This document shows positions 60,127 through 64,000 of a DNA stretch of 64,000 nt, piece by piece. Where the stretch lies: positions 56,606,001 through 56,670,000 of the forward strand of contig NC_042998.1 of assembly GCF_006345805.1 (NCBI RefSeq). Reading direction: 5' to 3'. The position numbers and the translations under genes are program-made. Under the pieces are notes generated by a model, which was not told the origin of the DNA, searched no databases, and was given only the letters and a program-made list of their open reading frames with translations. Position 1 is the stretch's first letter; every line of letters begins with the position of its first letter. The DNA comes from Octopus sinensis. Lineage: Eukaryota.

Positions 60127-60812
60127 CACACATCACACACACACAGGGGTGAATTTAGTTCAAGATATTTATTTATTAGAGGTCAATGTTAATGTGTAAC
60201 AGACACATTATGTTATTTTAGTAGTAAAGATTTATTTTTGTGGTCTAACGTTGAAAAGGCGACTATTGATTTAAACTTGTTATTTGTACAATAGCGTCGT
60301 CATATGTAGAAAATGTGTTCACTAAAATGTTTCTTGTTTAAAAAAAGAAAAAAAAAAAGCCCAAGTTGATTTAATGGGAATAGTTATCATTATGGTGTCT
60401 ATAATAGATCATTAATGATCTCATTGGTTTCAACCAATCTCATTTACGAGAAAAATAGTAATTAGGGCCATTTATTGTATATGACAAGTTTAATACATCA
60501 AAATAGGGAAATAGAGTATCAAATCTATTAATTAGTATCTGACAAAGATGAATGAAGTCAGTCCATTTACCGTTACCAGCCAAGTTGATTATTGTAATTT
60601 CTTTAATTAAAATTGGATTGGATCTGGGAAGTATTTCGAATATTTGATCAACTTAAAATACCAAGATTGAATCAGTATTATATTATGGTAATAAAGCATG
60701 TGCAGAATCACTGAATCGGAATTGATAATTTGCAGGTATTTAATCGCAATAGAGTCTTTGAAAATGAAGGTCTTGTTGCATATATTATTCTTGAAATTTT
60801 TCTCGGTATTAA

Positions 60813-61325
60813 GGTGGCGAGCTGGCAGACTCGTTAGCACGCTGGACGAAATGCTTAGCGGTATTTCGTCTGCGTTACGTTGTGAGTTCAAATTCCGCCG
60901 AGGTCGACTTTGCCTTTCATCGTGACTTACACCACGACTTTGCCTAATAAAGAAATAGGTATTTCGTCTGCCGCTACGTTCTGAGTTCAAATTCCGCCGA
61001 GGTCGACTTTGCCTTTCATCCTTTCGGGGTCGATAAATTAAGTACCAGTTACGCACTGGGGTCGATGTAATCGACTTAATCTCTTTGTCTGTCCTTGTTT
61101 GTCCCCTCTATGTTTAGCCCCTTGTGGGTCATAAAGAAATAGGTATTTCGTCTGCCGTTACGTTCTGAGTTCAAATTCCGCCGAGGTCGACTTTGCCTTT
61201 CATGCTTTCGGGGTCGATTAAATAAGTACCAGTTACGCACTGGGATCGATATAATCGACTTAATCCGTTTGTCTGTCCTTGTTTGTCCTCTCTGTGTGTA
61301 GTCCCTTGTGGGCAGTAATAGAAAT
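60813..61325 (+). mobile_element. tRNA-derived SINE family B, tandem trimer
   Basis: Head ggtggcgagctggcag with B-box gagttcaaattcc; the body gcctttcatcctttcggggtcgat repeats after taataaagaaatagg tails at about 60957 and 61141. Confidence 0.85.
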
Positions 61326-61490
61326 AAGTATTACGACTGTCGGATCTTTTCTTTTTGAAGGCCAGATTTTCCTAGTTAACTAAAAAATTTGAAACTCCGT
61401 ATACTGGTAGAATGTGTCAAAAGAAAACATTATTGTAAACAAAATTGAAAACAAAATTTGGTAGAGGGAAGCTGTGTGGAATCCCATCAC

Positions 61491-61523
<33 letters not shown>

Positions 61524-61578
61524 TGTATGTATGTATGTATGTATGTATGTATGTATGTATGTATGTATGTATGTATGT

Positions 61579-62262
61579 ATGTCATTGTTCAGTTTTATTT
61601 GTAAATTTCTTACCAATAGAGAGAGAACCGGTTTCTAAACTAGATCCAAGATTCCTTCATTGGTATTTCAACATCAACGACATGGTACTTTTGTATGTAT
61701 GTATGTATGTATGTATGTATGTATGTATGTATGTATGTATGTATGTATGTCATTGTTCAGTTTTATTTGTAAATTTCTTACCAATAGAGAGAGAACCGGT
61801 TTCTAAACTAGATCCAAGATTCCTTCATTGGTATTTCAACATCAACGACATGGTACTTTTGTATGTATGTATGTGTATGTATGTATGTATGTATGTATGT
61901 ATGTATGTATGTATGTATGTATGTATGTATACGTGCAGCATGCATATACCTGCATATCTAGACGTGCTTGTATATACTTAAATGATAAACTTCTGTAAAG
62001 TTTTATAGATTTTTGCTGTTCCAGTGATGGTCTGGATTTGTAGTCTTCGAATCAGCTTTCTCCTTTCTGATTCTGAGAAGCCTAATTTCTCAAGATTGGT
62101 ACTTAGGCAGTGTGTGTGCATGTATGTATGTATGTATGTATGTATGTATGTATGTATGTATGTATGTATGTATGTATGTATGCATGTCATTGTTGAGTTT
62201 AATTTCAAGATTTCTTACCAATATAGAAAGAGTCGGTTTCTAACCTAGATTCAGGGGTCCTT
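61579..62262 (-). mobile_element. 3' ends of an RLE-type (R4/Dong/Hero-like) non-LTR element embedded in (TACA)n
   Basis: C-terminus LEKLGFSESERRKLIRRLQIQTITGTAKIYKTLQKFII* at 61978-62110. The 3' UTR with AATAAA and (TACA)n tail occurs at 61579-61690, 61748-61860 and, diverged, at 62184-62262. Confidence 0.55.
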
Positions 62263-62463
62263 CATTGAAATTCGACGTGACACAGAATACGACAAAACTG
62301 TCCCTTTGAATTCCAGGTGCATCTCATTTATGTCAGCTGAGTGGACTGGAGCAAAGTGAAATGAAGTGTCTTGCTCAAGCACAAAACGCGCCTTACGATC
62401 GTGAACTGAATACCTTAACTTCTAAGCTACACACCTTCATGGGATTAAACAACAATAGTAACA

Positions 62464-62650
62464 GGAGGCGCAATGGCCCAGTGGTCAGGGCAGCGGAATC
62501 GCGGTCGTAAGAACGCGGTTTCGATTCCCAGACCGGGTATTATGAGTGTTTATTGAGGCAAAAACACCTAAGCTCCACGCGGCTCCGGCGGGGGTGGTGG
62601 TGGTGAACCCTACTGTACTTTTTCACCACAACTTTCTTTCTTCATACTTC
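62464..62650 (+). mobile_element. tRNA-derived SINE family D
   Basis: ggaggcgcaatggcccagtgg (A box) and ttcgattccc (B box); inverted relative at 63510-63917. Confidence 0.75.
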
Positions 62651-62934
62651 TGCCACAAAGCAGAGGAACCGTGGTGTAAGTCACTATGGTGTGGTAAACT
62701 TTCAGACCCTAGTCTAGATTGCAAATCCTCTGTACCCCAGGATGGTTCAGCCTTCCACCCGTTTAAGGAATGAGGATAACAACGTAGCTTTCGCGCCCGT
62801 GCAACCGCCAGTCTATCGCGTGTGATGGGTGGATCTTCAAGTTGCCGTACGCATTCTTAATAGCTTAGAGCTGGCTCGAATTAGAGATTATTCTTTGTGG
62901 TTAATGGCGTGAGTCCTGATTGGAAGGAAGAAGA

Positions 62935-63050
62935 TGAAAAGGAAGAAGAAGAAGAAGAAGAAGAAGAAGAAGAAGAAGAAGAAGAAGAAGAAGAAGAAGA
63001 AGAAGACAACAGCAACAACAACTTCAGTAGCAGCAACAACAACAACAAAA
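62935..63050. repeat. (GAA)n followed by (CAA/CAG)n
   Basis: Direct reading. Confidence 0.97.
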
Positions 63051-63445
63051 TTAGTGTGCAAAGAATATCTTAGATTCATTATGTCTAAGACCCCCAGTTT
63101 TTTGCACAAGAAACCAGAGAACAAAGTACGAAGAATGCAGACGATTACATTTGGCATCATCGCAGGCTGCTTCGCGGTTTGCACTCTCTTGCACTGTCTC
63201 CGCGATGAAACAAAGAAACTAAAAATAAAAGACCACCAGGACAGGCGATGGGACACAGTTTGTAGCCAGAGAAAGCTTCAACCCACGCAGTCATCCTCCT
63301 TCTTACCCAAACAACCAGGCATATTTACAATGCCTATAGCACCGTCTAAAGAACATTGTCTCTCCCACTAGGTTCAGATAATCAAAACACACACACACAC
63401 ACACAACACGCACACACACAAATAGCAACAACAACGTTGCCGTCG

Positions 63446-63484
<39 letters not shown>

Positions 63485-63509
63485 CCGCATTGTGCTGGGA
63501 TGTATACCA

Positions 63510-63917
63510 GCAATGAATGATTAGTATAGTGGAAGCACTCCGTCGGTTATGACGATGAGGGTTCCGTTTGATCCGAATCAACGGAACAGCCTGCTCGTGA
63601 AATTAACGTGTAAGTGGCTGAGCACTCCACAGACACGTGCACCCTTAACGTAGTTCTCAGGGATATTCAGCGTGACACAGAGAGTGACAAGGCCGGCCCC
63701 TTGAAATACAGGTACAACAGAAACAGGAAGTAAGAGTGGAGTGAGAGAAAGTTGAGGCGAAAGAGTACAACAGGGGTCGCCACCACCCCCTGCCGGAGCC
63801 TCGTGGAGCTTTAGGTGTTGTCGCTCAATAAACACACACAACGCCCGGTCTGGGAATCGAAACCGCGATCCTCCGACCGCGAGTCCGCTGCCTTAACCAC
63901 TGGGCCATTGCACCTCC
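63510..63917 (-). mobile_element. tRNA-derived SINE family D, longer copy
   Basis: Its head is the reverse complement of 62464-62640. Confidence 0.75.
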
Positions 63918-64000
63918 ACGTTTAGTATAGAGGAACCGCAACAGTAGCACCGACCGAATTCATCTAACTTACCTCTGTCAACCACCAGGACGTGCGGGTA

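Noticed and set aside
59660-60199. K/E/R-rich and F/L/S-rich ORFs
   Set aside because: They are translations of the (CTTT)n tract.
62888-63371. Overlapping ORFs of 122 and 145 aa with a hydrophobic stretch and possible splice sites
   Set aside because: Partly microsatellite-derived, with no recognisable domain and no partner exons.

Overview
AT-rich, microsatellite- and SINE-rich animal DNA. The repeat landscape (tRNA-derived SINEs with internal (TA)n/(TG)n, RTE LINEs with (GAT)n tails, TTAGGG-bearing MITEs) suggests an octopus/cephalopod genome; this is an inference. The left 35 kb hold one minus-strand gene, a TACC (transforming acidic coiled-coil) family member. I could splice 12 coding exons by hand with canonical GT/AG sites and consistent phases (28536 down to 2138, about 2,190 codons). 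It includes a 5,576-bp giant exon with six ~223-236-aa acidic repeats, the RESLYVKFDPLL motif and most of the TACC coiled coil. The last canonical exon(s) were not found and probably lie left of position 1. A non-coding first exon and promoter with CHR/E2F/NRF1-like motifs lie at about 34.9-35.1 kb. No host gene was recognised from 35 to 64 kb, which is a mosaic of mariner, Penelope-like, Helitron, RLE-type LINE, MITE and SINE remnants plus microsatellites. The most unusual items are: (i) a 72-bp intronic array abutting the giant exon, in which most units carry a consensus 5' splice site, followed by a fold-back copy that could pair with any unit; (ii) Penelope-type hammerhead ribozyme motifs inside TACC introns; (iii) the mosaic repeat expansion in the giant exon. 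All coordinates were read by hand; repeat boundaries are approximate.
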